From: Vicugna vicugna
Lineage: Eukaryota
Length of the DNA stretch: 64,000 nt
Direction: 5' to 3'
NCBI GenBank assembly: GCA_013265495.1
Contig: MU058384.1
Coordinates: 6,344,956 to 6,408,955, forward strand
Numbering within the stretch: position 1 is the first letter of the stretch; each line of letters opens with the position of its first letter. The notes under the pieces are model-generated. The model made no database searches. It saw nothing but the letters and a program-made list of their open reading frames with translations, and was not told the origin of the DNA. This document shows, one piece after another, positions 27,374-39,740 of the stretch. Both the position numbers and the translations under genes were made by a program.

Positions 27374-28489
27374 CACTAAATTAATAATATAAATCTTTTC
27401 TCTGCGATTGGTGTAGTTGATACAGTATTTCCTGACTATAGAAAAATTTTAATTTATAAACTTTTCAAAAGGATTTTTATTTAACAAATATCAATTTATT
27501 ATCATCACATAGTGATAATGCTGTCATCTGTTCATAAAGATTTAAGATTTTAGTTTTCAAAATCTACAGCTACTTGTGTTTTACTAGAAAGTAAACAGTA
27601 AATTGATACCTAAGTGTGTGCATTTGTGTGAAGTGTGTATATATTTTCTTAAAAGTCTGAACTTCATTGCAGAACATAGCCACTTAGTTAAAAAATTAAA
27701 AGCCTAACTGCCCATTTGTTACGAACAATTTGTTGCTGAATAAATTCCAAATTCATTCAGTTGTAAAACAATTATTTAATGAATAAGCTGTTAAAACTGC
27801 TATTGATTTTGGTGCATGAGAATACACTGTCTAGACTCCAAAAACCAACTTAATGCACTACAACTCTAGTATTAAATTGAAATCTCAGGCACTCAGGTAT
27901 TTTTATCTCTGCCCTATTTCCAAAAGGCTCAGGCCATGGAGTCCTGACAGCCTTCAGTCTAGTCTGCCTACGTGCACACTCTCTGACTGTAATGAAACTC
28001 CCACAGGGCTGCTAGAGCAATCTTTATAAAAAAGCAAATCCAATTCTATGACTGCTTAAACCTTTTTAATGGTTCCCCACAGTGCACACAACAAAAGTCA
28101 AAACTCTCACCAGGCATCCAAGGCCTTTCAAAATCTGGCCTGTGAGTCACCTGCAAAACCACCATTTTGCACACGTTGTCCTCCCTTCCTGGAATACCCT
28201 CCCCTCCCCTTCTCTGCCAGCTGAGCCTAAACATTCTCCTCCAAGAGGTTAACCTGATGCTTCCCCTGTCTTCATCCCAGGCTCTTTTGTATTTCCACAG
28301 CTCCTGGTAGTCGGAGCTCAATAATGCATAACCCAGTAGACTGCGGACTGTGAGCTTCTACATGAACATGTCATTATCAGCTTCCTGCTTCTGAATTCCG
28401 GCACATCTCCTTATCTAAAGTGCCAACTGACAAAAAATTAGTTGCACGAGTCAAGTATCAATGATAACCAGCACAATAAGCCAAGTATA

Positions 28490-28855
28490 CACAACGGGTA
28501 AGCACTTGAATCCTGACGACCATTCCAAATCCCAGCTCCACCACTGACTTGGCTTTTACATTTTTTTAATTGAAGTATAGTTGATTTACAATGTTCAGCC
28601 AAGTTATTCAGACATATACATATATGTTCTTTTTCAGATTCTTTTCCATTGTAGGTTAATTCAAGATCCTGAATACAGTTCCCTGTGCTGTACAGTAGGT
28701 CCTTGTTGCCACATTATAAAACAGTTCCAGTTTTCTCATACATAAAAAAGATAAAAACAGCATCTACTTAAATGGTTGTATGAAGATTAAAGAAAGTAAT
28801 GCACACGGAATACTCAGCACAATGCCTGAGATGCAGTAAGGCAGGTGTTGTTATT
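28490..28855 (+). mobile_element. MIR SINE interrupted by an L1 3' fragment
   Basis: MIR head (ttccaaatcccagctccaccactgact) resumes after 28710 (cagttttctcatacataaaa...gaagattaaagaaagtaatgcac). Confidence 0.7.
28560..28710 (-). mobile_element. 5'-truncated L1 3' end
   Basis: tttttttaattgaagtatagttgatttacaatgtt...gaatacagttccctgtgctgtacagtaggtccttgttg; same family as 19560-19724. Confidence 0.85.
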
Positions 28856-29774
28856 ATGTGCACGGCTATTGTCACTTACTTTGTATTAGAACATTGCTTT
28901 TTTCACAAATAAAAAAAAAATAACCTCAAAAGGGATCCAGGAACCCACCAAAGCTTGATAATCCTAAAAGTCATACTAGTGCACCAAGGGAAAAATCTGC
29001 AAATGCAGAACATATACAAAGGGAAAAACTTACCAGCCAAAGACAATGGTGGTTAGAATTTTCGTGTGATTAGTATAATAGTATAATATTTAAAAGATAA
29101 ACATTCATTCATCATGTTTTCCTTAAGAAATTTCTCTCTAAAGGTTTTTAATAATGAATAGTTAAAATATTTAGTTCTTATCAAGATGGTTTAATTCACT
29201 GTTATGATTATAATAATTATACATGTTCCAGAACCCTCTTACAGAGCATAAACACAAACACACATGTCCTATTCATGGCCGTGACTCACATAGGTATGCC
29301 AGTCTCATTAGAGTCAAAAGTGTACAAAATATGAAACATATGGTATGAAAAGTCAAGACCAACTAGAGTCGGCCTTCAGCAAGAAGAAGTTTCCTAGAAT
29401 TTTACAAAAACTTTGTTTTTAATTTTGTAAGCACCAGAAAAATAACGGGTCATACAGAGTAACAGAAGACAAGCAGAGCAGAGTGGTAATGATCTAACTA
29501 CTGAGCTCAGAAGAAGTTTTAAAAGGCTGTTTTGTGAGAAGATACTCATTCTGACATGTCCACCAGTTCAAGCTCATCTGAAAATGACAGCAGCCAGTCT
29601 AAGAATGCATCACTTCTAACAAACACCGAGTCACAATACATTTATTTTATACAAATACGTGTGATTAATACCAAGATTAACTATTTTTTGGCCAATAAAA
29701 GACACTAGTTCCTGAAGATCAGCTATTTTCAGCCACATATTTGTGCTAGTTCTGTTATTCTCACCACACTGACA

Positions 29775-30210
29775 TTTTTAACTCAAGTATAGTTGACTTA
29801 CAGTAGTGTCAGTTTCAGGTGTATAGCAAAGTGATTCGGTTTTATTCTTTCTTCAGATTATTTTCCATTATAGGTTATTATAAGATATTGAGTATAATCC
29901 CCTGTGCTATACAGTAAATCCTGGGTTTATCTGTTTTATGTATAGTAGTTTGTATCTGTTAATCCGATACTCTTAATTTATCCCTCTTCTCCTTCCCTTT
30001 CCTCTTTGGTAACCGTAAGTTTGTTCTCTATGTCTGTGTATCTGCTTCTGTTTTGTATATAGATTCATTTGTATTATTATTCATTTATAATATATAAGTG
30101 ATATCATAATATTTGTCTCTGTCTGACTGACTTCACTAGATATAATATTCTCTAGGTCCATCCACGTTGCTGCAAATGGCAATATTTCATTTTTTGCAGT
30201 GGCTGAGTTA
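29775..30210 (-). mobile_element. L1 3' end (3' UTR plus end of ORF2)
   Basis: agtatagttgacttaca...ccctgtgctatacagtaaatcc...tctctaggtccatccacgttgctgcaaatggcaatatttcatttttt. Confidence 0.88.
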
Positions 30211-30855
30211 TTACATTAACATCTAATAAGAGATGATGAGAGAATAAACTATCACTAGTCATCCCATAAACTTCTATTCATAGCACTATAGTGAAGGATA
30301 AGCACTTGTTAGCTTTACGTTAAATGTTTAAAGGCACTACTCTAATGGTAAAAATATCACTAGGGCTTCGGGTTTGCATTACATATGAAGGAGAGAAAGA
30401 AGATCCTTCCATCATCAACAAAGGAATAAGGAGGATTCTAATGTATATACTAATTTTTGTCATATTATGGAAATAGGTTCACGATGATTAGAATTTTCAT
30501 TTGCATAATTGCACACATTACTGCATCCACGGTTTGTTTTCCTTATTTACTCCCTGGGACATCCCACAGGAGTTCTCACCTTAAGTCTGGGGTCTCCAAT
30601 CTAAAACACTACCTTTCTCATTCTCTAGATGAGATTGTCCAGACTTTGTCTTGTGCCCCTCAACGGACTCATGACAACCTAAGAAGAGTTACACCACATA
30701 AAAAGCACTACTGAGAAACCTTATTTATAGTTCCATCACTTCTCTCGCATCTCCTTCAGGGCAGGGATTCTTGTACTTTTCTTTAAATGTCTACTGCAGA
30801 GCGTGGTGCCCGGCTCCCAAGAGGCACTCAGTGAATGAAGGTACTCATACATTTA

Positions 30856-30935
30856 TTACGTTGAACCACATGAAATTACCATGTTTGTAAGTCAAAAATG
30901 GTCAAACAGTGGTAGTTCCATAAGGTCCAACCTAA
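30856..30935. mobile_element. MADE2-like mariner-derived MITE (about 80 bp palindrome)
   Basis: Imperfect inverted repeats ttacgttgaaccacatgaaattacc ... ggtagttccataaggtccaacctaa; size and sequence match the recalled MADE2. Confidence 0.75.
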
Positions 30936-31189
30936 CATTTTTAGCAAATGACTATAAAGTGCATACTCTGAGGCAGGGACAGTTTTAACATACATCAACA
31001 CACTTATCATAACACCTCCTAGGTACGTAGTTTTATTATTCTGGTATTGTAGACGTGGAAGCTAAGAAAGACACAGTGTGGTTAAGTCAATTGCCCAAGG
31101 CCAGTATATCTCATAATGGCAATTAATAACCACTATGTTATTGCTTCTGTCATTGATTTTTATAGAACATATAAACTCTGTAAGTAGAG

Positions 31190-32990
31190 GATGTTAGTAT
31201 AAATGTATAATTTTAAAAATTAGAGTTTTTAGTGGTTTCCACTGAAAGGGCCTAAATATAACGACACTCCAGTACCAATGCATGCATCTAGAACTCTGAT
31301 CTTGGTTTATGAACGCCATTCCCCAATCCCCAAAATGAAGCAAGGTTCCTTGGGAAAACCAGCTGATTTCAAGATCTGGTGAAGGGACAGTACAAAGCAA
31401 GCCTGGGACATCTTCTTGCTCCAAGAGTGAAGACGGACTTGAAGCTCTAAGTAAGGCATGTCAAGGGGTGTCAGGAGTTGACTTGAAGACCTCCCACTTA
31501 ACAAATTCAGGAAAGTTTGAGGATCTAAAGTAATAATGGCAAAGAACTAAAACACAGTTAATTAAAAATAATCAGTGAGACTACAATACGAGAAAAAAGG
31601 TAGACAAGTCAGAGAAAGCTCTTCTTCACAAAAAATGGCAAATAGTACATGTAGAAGAAATAAGAGACCTTGAAGGTCATCATTTGTGGCCCTAGGCATA
31701 CTAGTTAATTCAGGCAGTAATTATTAGTGAATGCTAAAACCACTGAGTCAAAGGTTGAAAAGGTTCTTCATGTAGCCTGAAGGTATTTATCCCACAAACC
31801 TGGGAACAGACACCACAACGCTGGGCTGGGCCTCAAACCTTCTGTGTTTACAGCCTCATGAACTGGTAACAACTACTGTGGACTAGACGTTCAGAGAAAC
31901 CCTTCCTGGTAAGGCAGATGTAAAAATGCTGTCTGAAAATTAAATATCTTTTAAAGCATGACTGAGATGGCAGGAAAGTAACAAAATTCTCCAGAGAACA
32001 AAAATTAAAAGACTGCAAAATTCTGCAGGGTTAGTGAGCACAGGCTGGGGTTTGCCCTAGAGTCAGTCCCCACCGAGCTCAAACTAGGGTTTTAATGAGG
32101 CAAAGCCAGGCGTTCAAAACAGGTGAAATATTAAGATCCGGACATTCACATCAAGGGAGGGATCCTTGAATGGCTGCACCGTCAGATACAAAGCAGAAAA
32201 AAGCCCCATCTCTCAGAGGGCGGTGGTCGGGCCACACGCCTGTCTTGACCTTGGCTTAGACAGGAAAGTAAGAACACACTTTCCTGAGAACTCCTAACCA
32301 CAAGCCCACAATCACTCAATTTGAGAATCAAAATTCATGATCCATGGGTTGCCAAAAAAGTTTAAATCAAAATTTAGGTTAAATTAACACCAGATGATAG
32401 GACTTCCAGGCATCTGGCAGAAGCACGTTTGAATTCTTTGTGGAGGAACATATTTTTAAATCCAGGCCCCACAGGATTCCCACAGATGAAGTTAAAAACA
32501 ACATGAGCTCAAAAACAAGAACACAAACACTAAGCGAAAGAATGATGGTCATAGCTAGATTAATAAAAAACCAAATAGAGTTTAGAGCAAAGAGCATTTG
32601 ATAAAGACAATAACACATACTGATAAAAGCTAATTCGCCAGGAAGAATTAACAACTCTAAATGTGCATGGACCCAGTAACCAGACTGAAATGGATGTAAA
32701 GCCAAAATACAATTGTGACATGAACCAATAAATCCACCATTACAGTGAGAAATTTTTAACACACCTACCTCAGTAATTAATAGATCCAGTGATTGCCCCC
32801 CCCCAAAATTGATAAACTAAGTGATAAAAATCTGTAATATGGAAGCTGTGGACAACATAATTATGTCTACTTTCATGGACATAAATGGATATCTGATAGA
32901 TGAGAAATGAAAAATAAGACAATAAATGAAAAAGAATGAAGGCCACTGAATGTGCTTGGAATGATGAGTCATTTAGGAAAGAAAAAAATC
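31190..32990 (+). mobile_element. Cluster of old L1M fragments (3' UTR-like, 5'-like and ORF2 endonuclease-like pieces)
   Basis: tttccactgaaagggcctaaat...gaaaaccagctgatttcaagatctggt; aggaagaattaacaactctaaatgtgcatggacccagtaac...cattacagtgagaaatttttaacacacc. Confidence 0.6.
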
Positions 32991-33009
32991 TACCCCATAT
33001 CATACAAAT

Positions 33010-33885
33010 ACTGAACTCCTGATTTCCTTCCCAATCTTCCCTCCTGAAAATTTTCTCATAATACTACTCATAGTAAGTCAAAAAACTTACAGTCATCATT
33101 GACCCTCTTATTTCCTCTTAACCACATTCAATCCATTAGCTTATCTTGTTCGTTTTACTTTTGGAAAAGATCCTGATACTTTCTCATCACTTCCACAGTC
33201 ACTACTTTAGCCCAAGCCACCATCATGCCTGAACTATTGCAATAGCCTCCTAACTGGCCCCCAAATCCTTTCCTATGTCCCGTGGCCTATTTTCCATCTA
33301 AAACATAAGTCACATCATGTCAGAAACACATGCTCAAATCTTCCCAGTGACTCCCATCTTCCCCCAAGTAAGAGCCAGTCTTGACAAAGTTTTGGCCCCA
33401 CACCACCACTCTGATCTCGTATCCTACCTTCTCCCCTACGTTCATTCTGCTTCGGGCACAATGGTCTCATTTTCATTCCACATTCATGCAAAGCAGGTTC
33501 TCATCTTCAGAGCACTGCATTGCTGTTCCCTGTGCATGAAGACTGTTCCTGCATATATTCTCACAGCTCATCCTTTCACTTCCTTTAGGTCTTTGATCAA
33601 ATGTCAGTTTTACAAAAGGAGCTGTCTCTGACAATTAAACCTATAGAAAAAGAGTCAACACACCTCTTCTTCCATCGCTTTCTATCCTTTTACACATCTT
33701 TGCTCTTTTTCCATAGCACTTACCACCACAGGACAAATGTATATATTTTGTTTCTTTATTTCACTAAAATATAAAATATTTGAAAGCAAGAATTTGGTAT
33801 CTTTTTTCCACTGCAGTTATTTTCAGCACCTGTAACAGAACCTGGCACAGAGTAAATACTCAATCTTTCTCAACAAATTCATCAA
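33010..33885 (+). mobile_element. L2 LINE 3' fragment
   Basis: ccaagccaccatcatgcctgaactattgcaatagcctcctaactgg...aacagaacctggcacagagtaaatactcaat. Confidence 0.8.
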
Positions 33886-34549
33886 AAAATAATACATATG
33901 ATACAGCAAATTAAACAAGGACCCTGGGTTCAGACAACCTGTATTTGGATCCCATCTTTGGCACCTGTTATGTGAATTTGGCAAAATCATAACCTAAGAT
34001 TTCATTGTCTCGTCCTTAAAAAAGGGAATGTAAATACCCAAATCATCACTGTAATTTCTGCAAAGACAAAAATTACATATATACACATAAATTTAATATG
34101 TGTGAAAATTATAACACATATAAATCACTGTGACTTATAATTAGTAGTTGCTTAATAAGTAATACTAATACATGTCATTATTTTTTTTTTCTGGAGACAT
34201 CTTTCTGCTGCATGCCTCTGCAAGGATAAAGCCTGATCTCAATGCAAGGCCCCAGAATATTGCCTCAGTAAGACAGTGGCCCTGCTGAGGCTAAATAAAA
34301 TTCTTTGAATACAGCTTCAAATCTATTTTTTCCAAGTGAGTTCAGAGTTTTAGTTCTGAACAATCACATTTATCACCACTGTAGGGGAGAACTTGCATTT
34401 ATATAATCAGATGAAAAACTTATTTATAGAATTTATTTAAAGAATCCTTTGAAACTCAGCTATCATTTGAAACATTAATTTTGTATCACTTGGGAAAAAA
34501 TTGTGTTGACAACAAACCAGTATGGCATATTAGAACTTGAAATACTAAC

Positions 34550-35590
34550 TTTGGACTTAACAGTAAGAAAACAAACAACCACACTAAAAAATGGGCCAAA
34601 GACCTTAACAGACACCTCACCAAAGAAGATATACAAACGGCAAATAAGCCTATGTCATCAGGGAAATGGAAATTCAAGCAACAATGAGATACCACTACGC
34701 GTTTAATAAAACGGCCGAAGTCTGTAACACTGACAATACCAAACGCAGGCTAGGAAGTGGCGCAACAGGAGCTCCCTCACTCGTTGGGGTAAGTGTAAAA
34801 CGGTGCAGCTACTTTAAAAGAGAGTTTGGTAGTTTCTTGCAAAACTAACCATACTCTTATGACATATTTCAGCAATCACAACCCTTGCTATTTACCCAAA
34901 GGAAGTGAAAAACTCATGTCCACACAAAAACCTATACACGGATGTTTATGGCAGCTTTAGTTGTAATTGCTAAAACTTGGAAGCAACCAAGATGTCCTTC
35001 AGTAGGTGAATGGATAAATATACTGTGGTACATCCAAACAATGGAATATTATTCCGCACAAAAAGAAATGAGCTATCCAGTTATCAAAAGACATAGAGGA
35101 ACCTAAAATGCATACCACTAAATGAAAAAACTAATCTGAAAAGGCTATATACTGTATGATTCTAATTACACGACATTCTGGAAAATGCAAAACTAGGGCA
35201 ACAGTAAAAAGATCAGTGGTTGCCAGGGATTGGGGGCGAGGGGAGGAAATGGATAAACAGGTGGAGCACAGAGGACTTCCAGGTCAGTGAAAATACTCAA
35301 TATGACATTACGGTGATGGACCACACATCATTACACATTTGTCTGAGCCCACAGAATGTACAACATCACGAGTGAACTATAAGGATCCAAAACTATGGAC
35401 TTTGGGTAATTATGATGTGTACACATGGGTTCATCAACTGCAACAAACGTACCACTGAGGAGGGGGTACTGATAATGCGGGAGGCCATGCCTGGGCCAGG
35501 ATAGGGGGTTGATGGAAAATCTCTATACTTCCCCCTCAATTTTGCTCTGAACCTAAAACTACTCTAAAAAATAAAATCTTAATAAAATGG
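34550..35590 (+). mobile_element. L1M (L1MB/MC-type) ORF2 end and 3' UTR
   Basis: aaaaaatgggccaaagaccttaacagacacctcaccaaagaagatatac...aagcaaccaagatgtccttcagtaggtgaatggataaa...tgaacctaaaactactctaaaaaataaa. Confidence 0.9.
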
Positions 35591-35614
35591 ATAAATAAAA
35601 ATATTAACTTTGAA

Positions 35615-35686
35615 CACAACATTGTAAATAAACTATACTTCAATAGAAAAAAAATCACTGAAATTAGAACTCTGTCACAACCTCAA
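35615..35686 (+). mobile_element. Extremely 5'-truncated L1 insertion with extra 3' sequence
   Basis: 40-nt L1 terminus plus 30 nt of non-L1 sequence between perfect 18-bp direct repeats at 35597-35614 and 35687-35704. Confidence 0.7.
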
Positions 35687-37321
35687 AAAAATATTAACTT
35701 TGAAACCATCAGAACCTTTAACCATATTGAGAATTACACTTACTGTATCATGGTATAAACGTTCACTCCTATTGGTTCAGAATCTAGCTCTCTTACTCTA
35801 GAGAAGAAGGAATTTGCCCTGGATAGTCAAATAAGGGAGAAAGGTAAGAAATGTCTGACCAGCACAGTACTGAATAGTCCTTTTTAAACAGAAGGATCGA
35901 CTTCTATTTTTCAATAATAGGCAGTTTATTTCAATGTTGAATGACAACATAGAAGGGAAGAGAATATCTTTTTTCTTTTTCTTTTTCTTTATTCAGTGAA
36001 CTAAAGCATAGTCTGGGTCCTACACAGTTAATTCAAGTGCATATAAATCACTTGCAAAGATAAGTTTGTGAAGAGCCTACCTATGAATATTTTTACCAGG
36101 GAAAAAAGACCTTTCTAGTTTAGATGATAAAGATAATAATGATCATCGACACAATGATATAACAGTTGTTCATAAAAAAAAGTTTATGGTCTAGAAAGCA
36201 CAGGCTCATTCAAACGCCATGGGGGCAAGCAAGGTGAACGTTACAGGTGAGGAAAGAGGCTCAGAGGAGTGAAGGTGCTCCAGGCAAAGTGACATGGTCA
36301 CCTGCCGACTGAAATGGTAGCTGGAGGCCATTTTTCTGACCATCAGTACAGTGTCCCTCCTAAAATACTGCAGCGTCTTTTCTTATTCTTTCATAAATTA
36401 TAACTAACATTCCATCAAGCATTTCTGAGAGATTCTTGATAATAGAAAATTCATCTAGTTCCCAAGTATTTTTGCATATAAAAATGAAAAATAAAGTTCA
36501 TAAAATGCACATACATGTATGTATATTATATATACTCTACTAAGTCAATGTATGTATTTATGTGTCAACTATAATAGAAAGAAAAACATCAGTGTTAAAG
36601 GCGATACAGTTTCATAAAAGTTACATGATACCCTTCTAGGGTTTTTTTTAAATAAAAACTTTGATATCTTTTAATGGATCTTTGGATAAAAGAGAATAGT
36701 TCTCAGGGTATAGATTGGACACCAAGGCCACGACAAAGATTGAACTGAATTTCTGCAAAATAAAGTGAAAGAAGTTGAGGCTACTGAGGACAAAGAAGAG
36801 AAATCCAGAATACCTAGAGAAGACGGGAGGGGTGCAGAAGGGAGGAGAGAGAAGTCATGGGATTCCAGTGTGAGACAAAGACCTCAAGATGGATGACCTG
36901 TGAGCAATGCACAGCCAATGGATTTCTATAAACTTGGATGTGTGACAGTGAGTTTCAAGTTCTTTCTTCTATTTCATTGTACTCACTATAACCTGCCCTA
37001 GAAATTCTTAAGCATCTGCCACAGTAACTGCCTTCTGTTCAGGATGGATGGTCAGGTAGCAGCAACTTGAAAAGGCAGTGGGCAGTGAGAGGCAGTGTGG
37101 AGAGAGGACAGGACAGTGCCCTCCTGGTCTGAGAGCCGTGGTGAAGATCTAGGGCAGGGCAGACAAGTGGGCAACAACATGGGCTGACTCCAGGGAAGAG
37201 TAGCTCCTACCTGCTGACCTCAGAAAGCTGGACAACTTAGGGGCAGAGAGGGTGAAGAGATGAGAAATATCTGGGGTACTGCAGTGTCTTATCGACCCTG
37301 CTTTGGCCTGCTGTCCTAGGT

Positions 37322-37653
37322 CGGTGTTTCTAGATCTTAGGACATTAAAAATATGATCTGTGGCACCTAATCCAAGAAATATTAAGTAATCAGGTTAACA
37401 ACATAAATGTTGACACTTGTGTGATCAATTGGAACCAACAAAGTATAATTAAAAATGCAAACAACAGTACTAAAATTTCATACAGGTACTTGGTTATAAG
37501 GCCATGGATTCTTTACCCCAAAATGGACATAGCAGTTTTGTTTGCTCAAAAATACAGAATTTTAGGAGTTTTTATTAAAAGCTTGAATGCCACTCCCTCA
37601 AGAAATATATCTGCAGACCCCTGGGTATATGGATCCCAATATGAGAAACACTG
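37322..37653. mobile_element. Possible old hAT-Charlie-type DNA transposon remnant
   Basis: Ends cggtgtttcta... and ...tgagaaacactg are near-inverted and resemble Charlie-family termini. No clear TSD. Confidence 0.4.
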
Positions 37654-38389
37654 TTCTGCATCACTTCTCAATCATAATGGATATACAGTCTATTTCCAGT
37701 TCATGGGCATCCTGTCCTCCAATCCAACCATGGACCCCAACTCAAACACACTTCTAGTTTTTCTAACCTGATTTCTAATCTAGCCACTGAAGTATAATCA
37801 CACACGTACTTATTTCCAGTGATCTCTACATGTGCAAGTTAAGTAGGCTCCTGTGAAACAGTCATTCCACAAATTTTATATAAGATGCTGTTCTACAGGC
37901 TATGGTGGAAAACGAAGACTAAGACGCAGATATAGTCCTGCCTTGAAGAAAAGTACAATCTGCTGTGGAGGCCTGAAATAAATTAACACTTAGCTTACAG
38001 TATAACTCAGTATTGTGTTCTACAACTTCTATGTGTTTTTATATCATTTTACATTTTCAAGGAATATATGTGACTCATATTTTTACTATGTTACTTTGAT
38101 TCTCAAATTAATTTAAGAAACATGCTCAAAATCACAGGACTGAATACAGCCCATCTTCCTGGGGTATCCCTTCCACAATGTTCAGGGCCGGGAGAGAGAC
38201 AGTGCTTGAGCAAGATAATTTAACTACGTTTTTAAAATGTATCTTACACTTTAAAACATAAAGATACATTATAGAGGAGAACGCAAAACATGAATGATTT
38301 TTTATTTCAAAATCAATCATAAGCCTCCCAAGAAGTTTCATTTGAGACCTTCTATGGACTATTACAGATTCCATCCTCAACTTGATGTA

Positions 38390-39011
38390 AAGAGATATAA
38401 AGGATGTCTGTTCTCTCAACTGCTATTCAACACCGTACTGGAGGTTCTAGCCACTGTGGTAGGTAACACACAGAAGTAAAAGACATTGAGACTGAGAAAT
38501 GGTAAGGTAAAATTGTCTTTAGTCACAGACGCTATCATCATCTACATAGAAAACCCAACATAGTAGAAATAATCAGTATTTGGCAAGGTTGCATGATAAA
38601 AGATCTGCATAAAAAACCCAACTTATTTCTATGTACAAAGAATGAACAATTGGAAATTGAAATTAAAAACTTCTGCAATAGCATCAAAAATATGAAAAAC
38701 TAAAGCATGACTCTGACAAGCTGGGCAAGACCTATATACTAAAAACTAGAAAAAAATCGCTGAGAGCAATTTAAAAAGACGTAAATATATGGATCAGAAG
38801 CCTCGACATCCACGGTTAAGATGTCAATTGTCCCCAGCTGATCTACAGATTCAATGCAAAGTCATTTGAAATCCCAGGTTTATTTTCTTTCTTTCTTTCT
38901 TTTTTTTTTTTTTTGTAATTAATAAGCTACTAAGGATCACTTTCATGATAATATGACAGACTGGGAGAAAATACTTGTTAATATGCATTTGATAACGGAT
39001 TTAAATCCAGA

Positions 39012-39070
<59 letters not shown>

Positions 39071-39115
39071 CTGCTATATATAAATTATACCTCAATAAAA
39101 GTTTAAAAATTAAAA
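38390..39115 (+). mobile_element. L1M ORF2 reverse-transcriptase fragments and 3' end
   Basis: Translates KGCLFSQLLFNTVLEVLA, similar to L1 RT QGCPLSPLLFNIVLEVLA. A decayed FADD-region remnant lies near 38520, and the 3' end reads aaattatacctcaataaa. Confidence 0.85.
39014..39068. repeat. Long perfect (CA)n microsatellite (about 27 units)
   Basis: Direct reading. Confidence 0.97.
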
Positions 39116-39269
39116 CAAATTAAATAAAGCAATCCCTAGTTTCTGACAGATTCTCATCTTATTTAGAAAATAAGTTTTGATAGGCACAGGATTATGGGAT
39201 CCTTACGGTCAGGAACTAATACTTCTGTTTTTTCTTTTGTTCCCACCAGGGTATGAAACCACACATACC

Positions 39270-39740
39270 AGTCTTAACGAACAGAACATCTCAATTCAAA
39301 AATATTATTATCTCCCAAGCAAGAAGTCTGGAAGGAGGATGTGCCAGGCTTGGCGGCACAATAATTTCATCAAGGATGCGAGTCCTCTCTGACCTTCTGC
39401 TTGGCCATCCTTGGCATGTCAGCTTTTCATTCTTAGGCTTATCACCTCATTGTCAGAGAATGGCAAATGCATCACATTCTCCAGCAACAGATTCCAAAGC
39501 AGTAAGCAGTGAAGGGATGAGAGAAGAGTCCTCCCTCCTGCAGCACTCCAGATGAAATAAGACCTTCCCCAGAAGCCCCTTGGGTCACTCTCCCAACACT
39601 AGACCAAGCACTGTCAGGGCGGACTAAGATCATCATAAATCTGCCTGCAACCAACTCCACATCTGAGATGGTGGGTGGCCCTTAGCAAAATCAGGATTCT
39701 GTTAACAAAGAAGAAAAGAGGTAAATGACTAGTAGACAAC
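39270..39740. mobile_element. Old MaLR (MLT1J/K-like) solo LTR
   Basis: aagaagtctggaaggagg...catcaaggatgcgagtcctctctgaccttctgcttggccatccttggcatg...ccttccccagaagcccc...aaaatcaggattctgtta resembles MLT1. Confidence 0.55.

Noticed and set aside
38294..38479. ORF with a reverse-transcriptase-like peptide
   Set aside because: A decayed L1 ORF2 fragment, not an intact gene.
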